64,000 nt of DNA from an uncultured Planctomycetales bacterium (GTDB lineage Bacteria > 4484-113 > JAFGCY01). Within the stretch, counting starts at the first letter, position 1; each line of letters starts with the position of its first letter. The DNA is taken from contig CAZEJB010000014.1 of the NCBI GenBank assembly GCA_964512635.1, forward strand, positions 15,704-79,703. Reading direction: 5' to 3'. The notes beneath the pieces were generated by a model that saw only the letters and a list, made by a program, of their open reading frames with translations, did not search any database and was not told where the DNA came from. Position numbers and translations under genes: made by a program. This document shows, piece by piece, positions 11,346-20,961 of the stretch.

Positions 11346-11378
11346 AAAGGGGCTGCCCAGCGGGGTGGCCCCTTTCCT
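11346..11378 (+). terminator. Probable intrinsic terminator downstream of rpoD
   Basis: AAGGGGCTGCCC...GGGGTGGCCCCTTT followed by a T-rich tail. Confidence 0.55.
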
Positions 11379-11415
11379 TTCTGCGGCGGCGGCGCGCTTT
11401 CGCTACAATGCAGAA

Positions 11416-11937
11416 GTGATCTCGAGCCGGCAGCCTTCCCGCAGCATTGTGCTAACCGGCTTCTACGGCTCCGGGGCGCTGGATGTTGGCCGGGAGCTGG
11501 GCCGCAGGATGCGCCGGCAGCTGGTGGACTGGGACAGCGAGCTGGAGCGCCGCAGCCGCCGTGACCTGCTGGCGCTGCTGAACATCGTCCCGGAGCCCCA
11601 GCCGGAGCTGCATGAGCTGCGGATAGCCTCCGAACTCCCCTTCCGCCGCGACTGTGTGATTGTGCTGGGGCCGGAGGCGGTGCGCCAGGAGGTCTGGCCG
11701 ACGCTGTATCTTGAAAACACACTTACGGTCTTCATCGACCAGCCCTTTGAGGTCCTCTGGCGGCGGATCCAGGGTGACCCGGCCTGCCGGGACTACCTGA
11801 AAAGCACCAGCCGAGAACACGCCATGGCGGCCTGGCATGAGCTCTATCCGCTCTATGAACAAGCCTGTCTGCGCCTGACTAATCCGCCTAATCCGCCGCG
11901 GCAGGCCCGGGTCATCCTGCACAGCTTCTACACTTAA
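11416..11937 (+). CDS. Shikimate kinase-like protein with degenerate P-loop
   Basis: IVLTGFYGSGALDVGRELG..LVDWD.ELE, and R..LYE at the C-terminus. The Walker A Lys is absent. Confidence 0.7.
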   Translation: MISSRQPSRSIVLTGFYGSGALDVGRELGRRMRRQLVDWDSELERRSRRDLLALLNIVPEPQPELHELRIASELPFRRDCVIVLGPEAVRQEVWPTLYLENTLTVFIDQPFEVLWRRIQGDPACRDYLKSTSREHAMAAWHELYPLYEQACLRLTNPPNPPRQARVILHSFYT

Positions 11938-11940
11938 GCC

Positions 11941-13173
11941 ATGAGTTTACAGCTGCCACGCGAAATGCAACCGCAAAAAGAGCGCCCGAGCGGCACCGGC
12001 AGCAACATGCAGCTCCTGGGGATCGTGCTGCTGATTACCATCTTCAGCGCCTGGCAGCTCTTCAATCTACCCGGGGCGCTGCTCAAAAAAGTCAGGGTTC
12101 CGGAGGACATGCTGGAGTTCGGCTTCGGCCTGGCCAGTGTCCAGATCGGCCCTGCCGGTGAGTGGATCATCCGCCGCCAGGCCTATGCCGACCGGATGGG
12201 CCGCTATGACATCAGCGCTGACGGAATCCTGACCCGCAGCAAGGAACGGGGCCTTGCCTCAGAGCCCAACCGCACTGGAACGATGACACAGCCCTATATG
12301 CGAATGGAGGGACACTCCTATCTGGATGTGGCCCCCGGCCCGGCCTATTTCACCCAGCGCCGCGAACTGCGGGCCAAAGCCGGCAAGCTCAGCCACAAGG
12401 GTAAGCCGCTGCTCAACAATGAGACCGATCCGCGGGCCCAGCTGCCCGGGGAGCACATTGAGCCGAAGATTATCGGCAAGGAAGCTGAAACCGGGCATTT
12501 CGTTGCGCTTAACATCCTGCGGGTCAGCCGCTGGCTGGCCGTCAACGAACTGCCGGAACAGGTCCGCGGTGAAGCCCAGCTGCAGTATCAGTTGCTGGAG
12601 GGTCACGACTATTACGCGGTGATCGACTCAGCCGCCTACAAAGCTCCTGACCTTTGGCTGACCACCGACAAGGGCCAGTTCCTGCACCATCTGCGGGCCA
12701 GCGAGGCCACGCTGGGCCTTCCGGAAGGCGCGCCGGCTGAGGACGGCATCGAGATTAAGGTGCTGCAGAGCATTCCGCTCAAGGATCTGCTGCCGGTGCA
12801 GAGAAATGGAATTGTCCTTGGCCGCGACCACGGCAGTGAAAGACTGTTTCTGGTCCTCCCGGACGGCCAGCGACTGTGGTTCAACCCGAATGACCTCAGC
12901 CTGCTGGGCCGCGACAAGCTGCCGGGATTCTGGCAGCGGGAGTATGGCGCCCTGACTTTTGATGTTGTCCAGCGGCTGGAGTACCCGAACTACAACATGG
13001 AAAGCGGCTGGCCGCTGACCGAAAGTGCGTTCAAGCGCATCCAGCGCATTCTGGCTTTGGTAATGCTTGGCGGCCTGCTTGGTCTCGCCTGGCTTTGGAG
13101 GACACCTTGGAGATTCATCTCGGCAGCGACCACCGCGGCTTCGAACTCAAAGAGCGAGCCCTTGAATACCTGA
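11941..13173 (+). CDS. Hypothetical membrane protein
   Basis: 410-aa ORF with host-like codon usage and hydrophobic segments near both termini. Confidence 0.7.
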   Translation: MSLQLPREMQPQKERPSGTGSNMQLLGIVLLITIFSAWQLFNLPGALLKKVRVPEDMLEFGFGLASVQIGPAGEWIIRRQAYADRMGRYDISADGILTRSKERGLASEPNRTGTMTQPYMRMEGHSYLDVAPGPAYFTQRRELRAKAGKLSHKGKPLLNNETDPRAQLPGEHIEPKIIGKEAETGHFVALNILRVSRWLAVNELPEQVRGEAQLQYQLLEGHDYYAVIDSAAYKAPDLWLTTDKGQFLHHLRASEATLGLPEGAPAEDGIEIKVLQSIPLKDLLPVQRNGIVLGRDHGSERLFLVLPDGQRLWFNPNDLSLLGRDKLPGFWQREYGALTFDVVQRLEYPNYNMESGWPLTESAFKRIQRILALVMLGGLLGLAWLWRTPWRFISAATTAASNSKSEPLNT

Positions 13174-13550
13174 GAGAGCTCGGCCACCAGTGCACGGACC
13201 ACGGCGCGCTGGGCGAAGAGCGCACGGATTATCCCGGCTTCGCCAAGGCAGTGGGGGAGGCGGTCAGCGCCGCTCCAGGCAGCCTCGGCCTGGTCTTTTG
13301 CGGCAGCGGGATCGGCATCAGCATCGCGGCAAACAAGGTACATGGCATCCGCTGCGCAGTCGCCTGGTGCGAGCATGTCAGCGAATACGGCCGCCGCCAT
13401 AACCATGCCAACTGCCTGGCCTTTGGCGCGGATGTACAGACCTGGGTCGAGGTCGAGCGCTGCCTGAACGCCTACCTTGGCGCCACCGAGGAAGGCGGGC
13501 GCCACGCCCAGCGGGTGGAGATGGTGAAGGAAATGGACGGGAAGCGCTGA
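13107..13550 (+). CDS. rpiB: Ribose 5-phosphate isomerase B
   Basis: GSDHRG, DYP, CGSGIGISIAANKVHGIRCA and HNHAN motifs. GGAGG RBS before TTG 13107. Confidence 0.93.
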   Translation: MEIHLGSDHRGFELKERALEYLRELGHQCTDHGALGEERTDYPGFAKAVGEAVSAAPGSLGLVFCGSGIGISIAANKVHGIRCAVAWCEHVSEYGRRHNHANCLAFGADVQTWVEVERCLNAYLGATEEGGRHAQRVEMVKEMDGKR

Positions 13551-13556
13551 GTTCTA

Positions 13557-13648
13557 GTAGGGCCGCACGGATGTGCGGCCGATCTTGGATCCTGCTTCCG
13601 AAACCCGCATGCCGGGAAGAAGACGGCCGCACATCCGTGCGGCCCTAC
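13557..13648. repeat. Inverted GTAG-REP doublet (REPIN-like)
   Basis: GTAGGGCCGCACGGATGTGCGGCC, a 44-nt spacer, then its exact reverse complement. Confidence 0.85.
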
Positions 13649-13659
13649 CAGTCTTGCTA

Positions 13660-14277
13660 CTAAAGCGTAACCAACACGGCCCGGCAGGGCGATGCCTCGG
13701 CACCGCCGATCTTCAGCGGCAGGCAGTGCAGTTCATAGCGCCCGGGCTTGACCTGCCGCAGATCGACATCCTCCAGGATCAGCACGTTGAAGCTGCTCAG
13801 CAGCCGGTGGACCGGAAAGTCCTCGTCGTGGCCCCGCTCGATGGAGAGGTAGTCAATCCCCACCAGCGCGGCGCCGCGGTCCAGCAGCAGCTGCGCGGTA
13901 TCCAGGCTGACATAGGCGTGGTGCTCAATGTAGCTGTCGCGCTGCAGCTCGCCGTTGAGGGTCTTGAACAGCACGGCATCGCCTTCCATGATCTGCAGAT
14001 CATCCAGCGCCTTCGGCCCGATCACGTCAATCGTGTCCACCTCCACTACGTGGGCCGTCAGCACAAAGCGCTCCAGCGGAATCTGGTCGATACTCGGCCC
14101 GTCTTCGATGAAGTGCGCCGGGGCGTCGATGTGCGTTCCAAGGTGCAGGCTGGCGCTGATCTTTGAGAGCATGTAGCCCTGGTCAACCACCATGGCGACT
14201 GCTTCAAGTTCGGTCTCTGGATCTCCGGGATAGTCGATTGTGTCGAGGCCAATGGTACGCGTGATGTCAATGAGCAT
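13660..14277 (-). CDS. Cyclase / kynurenine formamidase (KynB-like) family, copy 1
   Basis: HLGTHIDAPAHF, VGIDYLS and H..LL...ILE motifs. Confidence 0.9.
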   Translation of the reverse strand: MLIDITRTIGLDTIDYPGDPETELEAVAMVVDQGYMLSKISASLHLGTHIDAPAHFIEDGPSIDQIPLERFVLTAHVVEVDTIDVIGPKALDDLQIMEGDAVLFKTLNGELQRDSYIEHHAYVSLDTAQLLLDRGAALVGIDYLSIERGHDEDFPVHRLLSSFNVLILEDVDLRQVKPGRYELHCLPLKIGGAEASPCRAVLVTL

Positions 14278-14361
14278 AGAGAAAGTATATGGAGCGTGAG
14301 GATTCAGGAGTTGCGGCCGCCGCTGAAGAAAGGGAATTCGCTGAGATCCCAGGCGCTCTGT

Positions 14362-14985
14362 CTAGCCCTGGATCGTCATCAGCACGGCACGGCAAGGAGC
14401 CGCCTCGCCGCGTGCAACCCTAAGCGGAAAGCACAGTAGACGGTATTTCCCAGGGCTGACATGGCTCAAGTCGACGTCTTCAAGCAGCAGTATCCCTGCG
14501 CCCAGCAAGGCCCGATGAACCGGGTAGCCCTCACCACTGGCGCGTTCGATGGTTATGTAGTCCATCCCGACTATGCCGACCTGCAGTTCGATCAGCCGCC
14601 GGGCAGTTTCGATGGGAATATGGGCGTGGCGCTCAACAAAGCCTCCGCGGTCTAGCTCGCCGTTGACAGTCTTGAACAGCACTGCCTCGCCAGGACGAAC
14701 CTGCACGCCATCCAGAATCTCGGGCGGGATGGAACTGAGGGTCATCAATTCGATCACATGACATAGCGGAGTGAAGCTGTCCGGGGCGTACTGGTCGATG
14801 CTCTTGCCGCCGGAGATGAAGTGCGAAGGGGCGTCAAGATGAGTCCCGGCGTGCAGGGTCATTGTGACCTGAGTTAGCTTAAAGCCGTCAAGCTGAATGT
14901 TGGCCAGGGCTGTGAAAGCCGTCGCCGGATCACCGGGGTAAGGCATATCATCCAGACCGATAGTGCGCGAAATGTCGATGAGCAT
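14362..14985 (-). CDS. Cyclase / kynurenine formamidase family, copy 2
   Basis: HAGTHLDAPSHF and VGMDY motifs; tandem paralog of copy 1. Confidence 0.9.
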   Translation of the reverse strand: MLIDISRTIGLDDMPYPGDPATAFTALANIQLDGFKLTQVTMTLHAGTHLDAPSHFISGGKSIDQYAPDSFTPLCHVIELMTLSSIPPEILDGVQVRPGEAVLFKTVNGELDRGGFVERHAHIPIETARRLIELQVGIVGMDYITIERASGEGYPVHRALLGAGILLLEDVDLSHVSPGKYRLLCFPLRVARGEAAPCRAVLMTIQG

Positions 14986-15040
14986 GCCTGCTTAGCTTAC
15001 AACAGCGGCGTCAAATCCGCCAAAAATGTACAAGTGAGTC

Positions 15041-16057
15041 CTAATACCCCGCCTGATAGCTCCCGTCGCTGATTGCCTGCATCCATGCTTCATTGGCGAG
15101 GTACCAGTCGATAGTGCGTTTAAGGCCTTCTTCAAAGGGCACAGCGGCCTTGAAGCCCAGTTCGGTCTCGATCTTATGGCCGTCAATGGCATAGCGGCGG
15201 TCGTGACCCGGGCGGTCGGGCACGAAGCTGATTAACCCCTCAGGCTTGTCGAGCAGGTGCAGCAGGGTACGCACCAGTTCAATGTTGGGCAGCTCCGTGC
15301 CACCGCCAACGTTATAGACCTCGCCGGGCCGTCCATGTTGCAGCACGGTCCACAGCGCGCGGCAATGGTCCTCAACATAGAGCCAGTCGCGCACATGCAG
15401 TCCGTCGCCATAGACCGGCAGCGGCTCATCGCGCAGAGCCTTCTGGATCATCAACGGGATCAGCTTTTCAGGGAACTGCCTCGGGCCATAGTTATTGCTG
15501 CAGCGGGTGTTCATGATCGGCAGGCCGTGGGTGCGGAAGTAGGCGCGGCACATCAGGTCGGCGGCGGCCTTGGAGGCGCTGTAGGGGTTGTTCGGCGCCA
15601 GCGGTGAGCTTTCGGAGAACTCGCCCTCCTCGCCGAGGCTGCCATAGACCTCGTCGGTAGACACCATCAGGAAGCGCGGAACCGGCTGGCCGTTCTTATT
15701 CAGCTTCAGCAGGGCGTCCAGCAAAACCTGGGTGCCAACGATGTTGCTCTCCACGAAGGGCATCGCTGAGACGATGCTGCGGTCGACCATGCTCTCGGCG
15801 GCCAGGTGCATGATGCCGTCGAAGCTGCCCTGGCCTACCAGCTCGTCAACCAGCGCGCGGTCGGCCACATCGCCATGGACAAAGCTGTAGCGCGGGTCGT
15901 CGGCGATATCGGCGAGGTTCTGGGGGTTGCCGGCGTAGCTGAGCTTGTCCAGGTTGACCAGATTGACGATGTTGAGGCCGGACTGCTCGGACAGCAGCAT
16001 GCGGATCAGGTTCGACCCGATGAAGCCGCAGCCGCCGGTGATGAGGATTTGGTTCAC
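15041..16057 (-). CDS. rfbB: dTDP-glucose 4,6-dehydratase
   Basis: ITGGCGFIGS, DKLSYAG, HLAAES.VDRSI, STDEVYG, YSASKA and RPGHDRRYAID. Confidence 0.93.
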   Translation of the reverse strand: MNQILITGGCGFIGSNLIRMLLSEQSGLNIVNLVNLDKLSYAGNPQNLADIADDPRYSFVHGDVADRALVDELVGQGSFDGIMHLAAESMVDRSIVSAMPFVESNIVGTQVLLDALLKLNKNGQPVPRFLMVSTDEVYGSLGEEGEFSESSPLAPNNPYSASKAAADLMCRAYFRTHGLPIMNTRCSNNYGPRQFPEKLIPLMIQKALRDEPLPVYGDGLHVRDWLYVEDHCRALWTVLQHGRPGEVYNVGGGTELPNIELVRTLLHLLDKPEGLISFVPDRPGHDRRYAIDGHKIETELGFKAAVPFEEGLKRTIDWYLANEAWMQAISDGSYQAGY

Positions 16058-16066
16058 GAAGATATT

Positions 16067-16131
16067 GTAGGGCCACACGGATGTGCGGCCGTCCTTGACT
16101 GGAAAAGGGCCGCACATCCGTGCGGCCCTAC
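16067..16131. repeat. Inverted GTAG-REP doublet between divergent rfbB and tag
   Basis: Same unit as 13557 with one substitution; 17-nt spacer. Confidence 0.85.
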
Positions 16132-16155
16132 AAGAACGCATGCAACAATCCCCAC

Positions 16156-16737
16156 ATGCCCAAAGAGCTGATCCGCTGCGACTGGTGCCATTCCACGCCG
16201 CAGTACATTGCCTACCACGATGAAGAGTGGGGCGTGCCAAAGCGCGACCGCCGGCGGCTGTTTGAGGACCTGATCCTCGATGGATTCCAGGCCGGCCTGA
16301 GCTGGCGCACGATCCTGGAGAAGCGCGAGAACTTCCGCCGCGCCTTCGACAACTTCGAGCCGGAGAAGATTGCGCGCTATGGCGACCGCGAGACCTCGCG
16401 GCTGCTCGAAGACGCGGGTATAGTGCGCAACCGCCAGAAGGTCGCCGCCACTATCGGCAACGCCAAAGCGCTGCTGGCGCTGGAGCAGGAACTGGGCATT
16501 GGCTTCGAGCAGTACATCTGGGACTTCGTCAAGGGCAAGCCGGTGGTCAACAATTGGACCAGCATGGGCGAGATCCCGGCCAAGACGGAGCTGTCCGACG
16601 AAATCAGCAAGGCTCTGCTAAAGCGCGGCTTCAAGTTCGTCGGCAGCACTATCGTCTATGCCTTTATGCAGGCGGTCGGGATGGTCAACGACCACATCGT
16701 CACCTGTCATCGTTACAAGGTCGTTGGAAAGGGCTAG
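16156..16737 (+). CDS. tag: DNA-3-methyladenine glycosylase I
   Basis: RCDW, YHDEEWG, FQAGLSW, IVRNRQK, KRGFKFVG and GMVNDH. Confidence 0.93.
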   Translation: MPKELIRCDWCHSTPQYIAYHDEEWGVPKRDRRRLFEDLILDGFQAGLSWRTILEKRENFRRAFDNFEPEKIARYGDRETSRLLEDAGIVRNRQKVAATIGNAKALLALEQELGIGFEQYIWDFVKGKPVVNNWTSMGEIPAKTELSDEISKALLKRGFKFVGSTIVYAFMQAVGMVNDHIVTCHRYKVVGKG

Positions 16738-16742
16738 AGTCA

Positions 16743-17549
16743 ATGCCTGATCAAGCCGAGCTGCGCCAGCAGTCCCCTCCCGGGGAGCGCTTCGTTGATA
16801 CGCGCTCCGGCCGGATCTTCACACACACGTGGTCCGGCGCTGAATCAGAGAAGTCGCCAGTAGTTTTGCTGCACGACTCGCTGGGTTGTGTGGAGCTCTG
16901 GCGCGACTTCCCTGCGCTGCTGAGCCAGGCCCTGCAGCGAAGCGTCATTGCCTATGACCGCCTGGGCTATGGGCGCTCCGACGCCCACCATGGCGTCCTG
17001 GGCGATGATCTCGTGGAGTCGGAGTCGATGCACCTGGCAGAGATATTGGAGGCCATGGGCATCAGGGAATTCGTCGCTCTTGGCCACAGCATTGGCGGAG
17101 AAATGGCCATTGCCTGTGGATCCCGGCTGCCCGGCAGGTGTCAGGCTGTAATTGCAATAGCGGCGCAGGCCTGGCTTGAGGAGCAGACCCTGAGTACCAT
17201 TGCCAGTGCCCGCGAGCAGTTCAGCGATCCCGAGCAGTTTGAGCGCCTGAAGAAGTATCATGGCGCCAAGGCGCAGTGGGTCCTGGATGCCTGGACCGGC
17301 ACCTGGTTTCGGCCGTCTATGCGCAACTGGAGCATCCTGCCTGAGCTGCCGCTGGTGCAGGTGCCCATGCTGGTGATCCACGGTGATCGAGATGAATTTG
17401 CTTCGCTGGAACAGCCGCGCAAAGTGGCGGAGCTGGCCGGCGGGCCGGTCAGGCTCGCGATCCTGCAGGACTGCGGCCACCTGCCGCAGCGCGAGCAGCC
17501 GGAGACAGTACTGAGGCTGATTGGGGAGTTCTTGCAGGAACTCCTGTAG
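16743..17549 (+). CDS. Alpha/beta hydrolase
   Basis: LLHDSLG, YDRLGYG, GHSIGG nucleophile elbow, HGDRD and GHLPQ. Confidence 0.88.
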   Translation: MPDQAELRQQSPPGERFVDTRSGRIFTHTWSGAESEKSPVVLLHDSLGCVELWRDFPALLSQALQRSVIAYDRLGYGRSDAHHGVLGDDLVESESMHLAEILEAMGIREFVALGHSIGGEMAIACGSRLPGRCQAVIAIAAQAWLEEQTLSTIASAREQFSDPEQFERLKKYHGAKAQWVLDAWTGTWFRPSMRNWSILPELPLVQVPMLVIHGDRDEFASLEQPRKVAELAGGPVRLAILQDCGHLPQREQPETVLRLIGEFLQELL

Positions 17550-17800
17550 TAGCGGGGGATTGTCCCCGTGCGAATTTAGCCATTTAGCTGATTGCTGCTC
17601 TGTAATAGATCAAAACAGGACGCAGAGATGCAGAGGACGCTGAGTTTCGCAGAGAAGAATCCTTGATGATTCCTGGGATTCCGTCGTAGCTCGATCCGGG
17701 CTCTGCGTTCTCTGTGTCTCTGCGTCATGTGTTTGTTTTCGAAGACGGGCGGGGACAAGCCCACGCCCCTATCCGGAAGGCGGGTCAAGACCCGCCACTA
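17550..17800. repeat. GTAG-REPs plus an inverted pair of 9-bp arrays
   Basis: GACGCAGAG-type units at about 17618-17654 and complementary CTCTGCGT units at about 17700-17727. REP hairpins at about 17550, 17750 and 17780. Confidence 0.65.
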
Positions 17801-17945
17801 CAAAGCAAAAAAGCGGATGGACCTTGCGATCCACCCGCCTGTATTCCTCAAACAGAGGAACAATTCCAATGCCCAGGCTGCCCCCCGAGATGCAGCGCTG
17901 CGCCGAGTAGGAGCTCTACAGCGGCCCGCTCGTATAATCAAAGAC

Positions 17946-18587
17946 GTGGAACAGGTCACAAGGTTACTGGGGCTTTTGCCCGAAATTTACGGGCGGGGCT
18001 TATTGGACGCCAGCGGGGGCAGTTTCGCCGTGCGCGGCAGCAAGGGCGTCTATGTCAGCCCGCTGCAGGCCGGGCCGGCGCTGCGCTGGCAGCTCCAGAT
18101 CGACGACCTGGTGCTGTTCCCGGGCCCGGGGGAGGCTTCTATGGCCCGCGCCGGCCGCCAGCCCTGCCGCGACAACCGCAGCCACCGGGCGCTGCTCGCG
18201 GCAAGGCCGGACTGGAATCTCAGCATTCACGGACATTCATGGGGCCTGCTGGCCTTTGCCCTCGCGGGGGTCGATCTGCCGGTCGTGGCCGAGCACTACG
18301 CGGCTTTTAAGGCAGGCCGGGCGGCGGAGATTCACTGCCTGCCCTCGGTTACAGGCGGGCTAGCCCAGCTGCCGGAAGTGGTCGTCGCTGCCATGGGACG
18401 GCAGTTCTCGGGCCAGCCGCACGGTGCACTTCTGCTTGGCGGCAATGGCCCGCTGGTTTGCGGCAGCACAGTTGAGTCAACCTTGAGTACGCTCGAGCTT
18501 CTTGAGCAGCTGGCCCGGGCCCAGCAGTGGCGGCTGGTCAAGCCGGCGCCGCATCCCTCGGCGCCAGCGGTGCCCGAGGTCGGTTAG
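17946..18587 (+). CDS. Class II aldolase/adducin-fold protein
   Basis: RGLLDASGGSFA (cf. SGN.S), IHGHS (HxH) and a C-terminal LE.LA. GTG start follows TATAAT. Confidence 0.65.
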   Translation: MEQVTRLLGLLPEIYGRGLLDASGGSFAVRGSKGVYVSPLQAGPALRWQLQIDDLVLFPGPGEASMARAGRQPCRDNRSHRALLAARPDWNLSIHGHSWGLLAFALAGVDLPVVAEHYAAFKAGRAAEIHCLPSVTGGLAQLPEVVVAAMGRQFSGQPHGALLLGGNGPLVCGSTVESTLSTLELLEQLARAQQWRLVKPAPHPSAPAVPEVG

Positions 18588-18697
18588 CCCGGGAGCAGGC
18601 CATCCGGGAGACGGTACTGCCGGCTGACAGGATCAGAAAAAATCGGGCCACGGTTGCCCGCGGCCCATAGCCCTTGTTCCAATCCTGGCTTTCGTTC

Positions 18698-19150
18698 TCA
18701 GACCTGCGGGGTCTCGTCCGCAGTCTCATCCACCGGCGCCGGGTTAACCCGGATGTTGAGGTAGACATGGTCCGCCTCGTCAAGGCCGCTGGTGCGGAAG
18801 CGCGCTTCCATCCGCGTCGTACCGGCATCCAGCGCCTTGATCACGCCGAGGCTGTTGGCCTCCGCAATCCCGCTGGGGATGAAGTAGTAACGGCAGACCG
18901 TCGTGACCTCATCAGTGTCGGTGTTGTCGCTGTCGGCGGTAAGCCGCTTGACCGTGAAGTGATACTCCTGGCCCTCAACAAGCACAATCTCGCCGGTGTC
19001 CCGGGCCGTGGAGATCAGGCGGTTTTCATCCGCGCTGTACAGCGAGATCGTGCTGGACGGAATGCCTCCTCCCGCGCCGCAGGAGCTGAAGGCTCCGAGC
19101 GCGCAAAGAACAGCGGCGGCTGCCGCGAGGCGTGAAAACAGAGGGGTCAT
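18698..19150 (-). CDS. Lipoprotein with a probable Ig-like domain
   Basis: FSSC lipobox; IAEANSLGVIKALDAGTT resembles a Big_2 repeat. GGAGG RBS. Confidence 0.65.
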   Translation of the reverse strand: MTPLFSRLAAAAAVLCALGAFSSCGAGGGIPSSTISLYSADENRLISTARDTGEIVLVEGQEYHFTVKRLTADSDNTDTDEVTTVCRYYFIPSGIAEANSLGVIKALDAGTTRMEARFRTSGLDEADHVYLNIRVNPAPVDETADETPQV

Positions 19151-19272
19151 CAGACTGCCTCCCAAAACTTGATTCCCGTGCGCATGCAGTACTGACGCCT
19201 GGCCACTCTACTATGTTTGATGGTGGAGCCTATCCCGCATAGGCACTCCACCAGCCCGTCAAACAAAGCAAA

Positions 19273-19296
19273 GGGACGGGTTGTTATACCCGTCCC
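19273..19296 (-). terminator. Hairpin terminator downstream of glnA
   Basis: GGGACGGG-8 nt-CCCGTCCC with an A-run on the left, i.e. a U-tail on the minus strand. Confidence 0.6.
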
Positions 19297-19359
19297 CTTA
19301 GTGGCGAATTGAGACAAGCAGGGCACGCACCTTTCAGTGCCTGGCCTGCGCAGCAGCGC

Positions 19360-20700
19360 CTAGAGCACGCTGTAGTAGCGGTTGATTTCCCAGTCGGAAA
19401 CCTGGGTCCGGTACTCGTCGAACTCCTTGTACTTGACCGTCAGGTAGTTCTCGACCAGGTTGTTGCCGAGGGCGTCGCGGACCCAGTCGGAGCGCTTGGT
19501 GTGGTGCAGGGCCTCATGCAGGTTACCCGGCAGGCTGCGGATGCCGCGACGTTCGCGCTCCAGCTCGGAGAGGTGGAACAGGTTGTCGGTCTGCGCCGGC
19601 TCCAGCTCCAGCTTTTCCTCGATGCCGGACAGGCCGGCCGCCAGCATGCCGGCGAAGGCCAGGTAGGGGTTGGCCGAAGGATCCGGGCAGCGCAGTTCGC
19701 AGCGCACGCTCTTTTCCTTGCCCTTGACGAAGGCCGGCAGCCGCACCAGCGCGCTGCGGTTCTGCTGGCTCCAGGCGATATAGACCGGCGCTTCATAGCC
19801 CGGCACAAGGCGCTTGTAGCTGTTGACCGTCGGGGCCCAGAAGCTGCACAGCGGCTGGGCATACTTCAGCAGGCCGGCGATGTACTGTTTGGCCGTGGTG
19901 CTCAGGCCGTGGGGGTCAGCGGCATCCGCCATAGCGTTGGTGCTGCCGTTGAACAGGCTCTGATGGACGTGCATGCCGGAACCGTTGACGCCATAGATCG
20001 GCTTGGGCATAAAGCTCGCATAGCAGCCCGCGGCATCGGCGGCCTGCTTGACGATGTACTTATAAACAATGGCGTGATCAGCCATGACGGCCGTTTCGTT
20101 GTAGCGCAGGTCGATCTCGTGCTGGCTCTGTGCGACCTCGTGGTGGTGGTACTCCACCTGGATGCCGAGGTTCTGCAGCGCCCGGACGGCTGCATGGCGC
20201 ACCGGCGTGCCCCGGTCGGTCGGCGGGCCGCTGAAGTAGCCGCCGTGATCCAGCAGGGTGGGGCCGTTGCCCTGGGCAAAGATGAAGAATTCCAGCTCAG
20301 GGCCCATATAGCTGGTAAAACCCATGTCCTGAGCCTTCTTGACGATGCGCTTGAGCACACCACGCGGGTCACGGTCATAGGGCTCACCGTTGGGGGTGAA
20401 CAGATCGCAGAACATAAAGACCTGCTTGGGCTCATCTTTGAAGCTCGGGAGCTCGCGGAATGTGCTCAGGTCAGGCCGTGCCAGCAGGCTGGACTCTTCA
20501 ATCGAGTTGAAGCCGCTGACGGAGCTGCCATCGAAGTACATACCGTCGGTCAGGCTGCGTTCGAACTCGGTCGGGGCAATGGCAAAACCCTTGACATGCC
20601 CTTCAAGATCGACGAACCAGTGCCAGATGACTTCGATGCCTTCACGCTCGACATAAGCGAGCGCGTCTGCGGGTGTTGCCACCCGGGCTGCGCTTGACAT
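19360..20700 (-). CDS. glnA: Glutamine synthetase type I
   Basis: FDGSS, GPELEFF, HHEVAQSQHEI, FMPKP, NGSGMHVHQSL, RLVPGYEAP and ELRCPDPSANPYL. GAGGA RBS before ATG 20700. Confidence 0.95.
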   Translation of the reverse strand: MSSAARVATPADALAYVEREGIEVIWHWFVDLEGHVKGFAIAPTEFERSLTDGMYFDGSSVSGFNSIEESSLLARPDLSTFRELPSFKDEPKQVFMFCDLFTPNGEPYDRDPRGVLKRIVKKAQDMGFTSYMGPELEFFIFAQGNGPTLLDHGGYFSGPPTDRGTPVRHAAVRALQNLGIQVEYHHHEVAQSQHEIDLRYNETAVMADHAIVYKYIVKQAADAAGCYASFMPKPIYGVNGSGMHVHQSLFNGSTNAMADAADPHGLSTTAKQYIAGLLKYAQPLCSFWAPTVNSYKRLVPGYEAPVYIAWSQQNRSALVRLPAFVKGKEKSVRCELRCPDPSANPYLAFAGMLAAGLSGIEEKLELEPAQTDNLFHLSELERERRGIRSLPGNLHEALHHTKRSDWVRDALGNNLVENYLTVKYKEFDEYRTQVSDWEINRYYSVL

Positions 20701-20961
20701 GGAATGATCCTCCTCGAATGTGCCGGCCGCGGGCCGAGGGGGCAGCCCGGGCTCGTTCGGGCGGGATTTTAGCAGGCGGAATCGGGCGCTGGCCGCGCGG
20801 CGGCAGGCTATAATGACCCTCCCGCGCCCGGGGCAAAAACGGCGCGGCGGAAGCGGACAAATGCGATAGGCGCGCCCGGCGCGGATGCCGGGTAGACTTA
20901 GGTCAGGGCAGGCCGTCAGGGCCGGCCGGAGGGTTGGGCGTAGCCCAGAGTGGAGAGGAAC

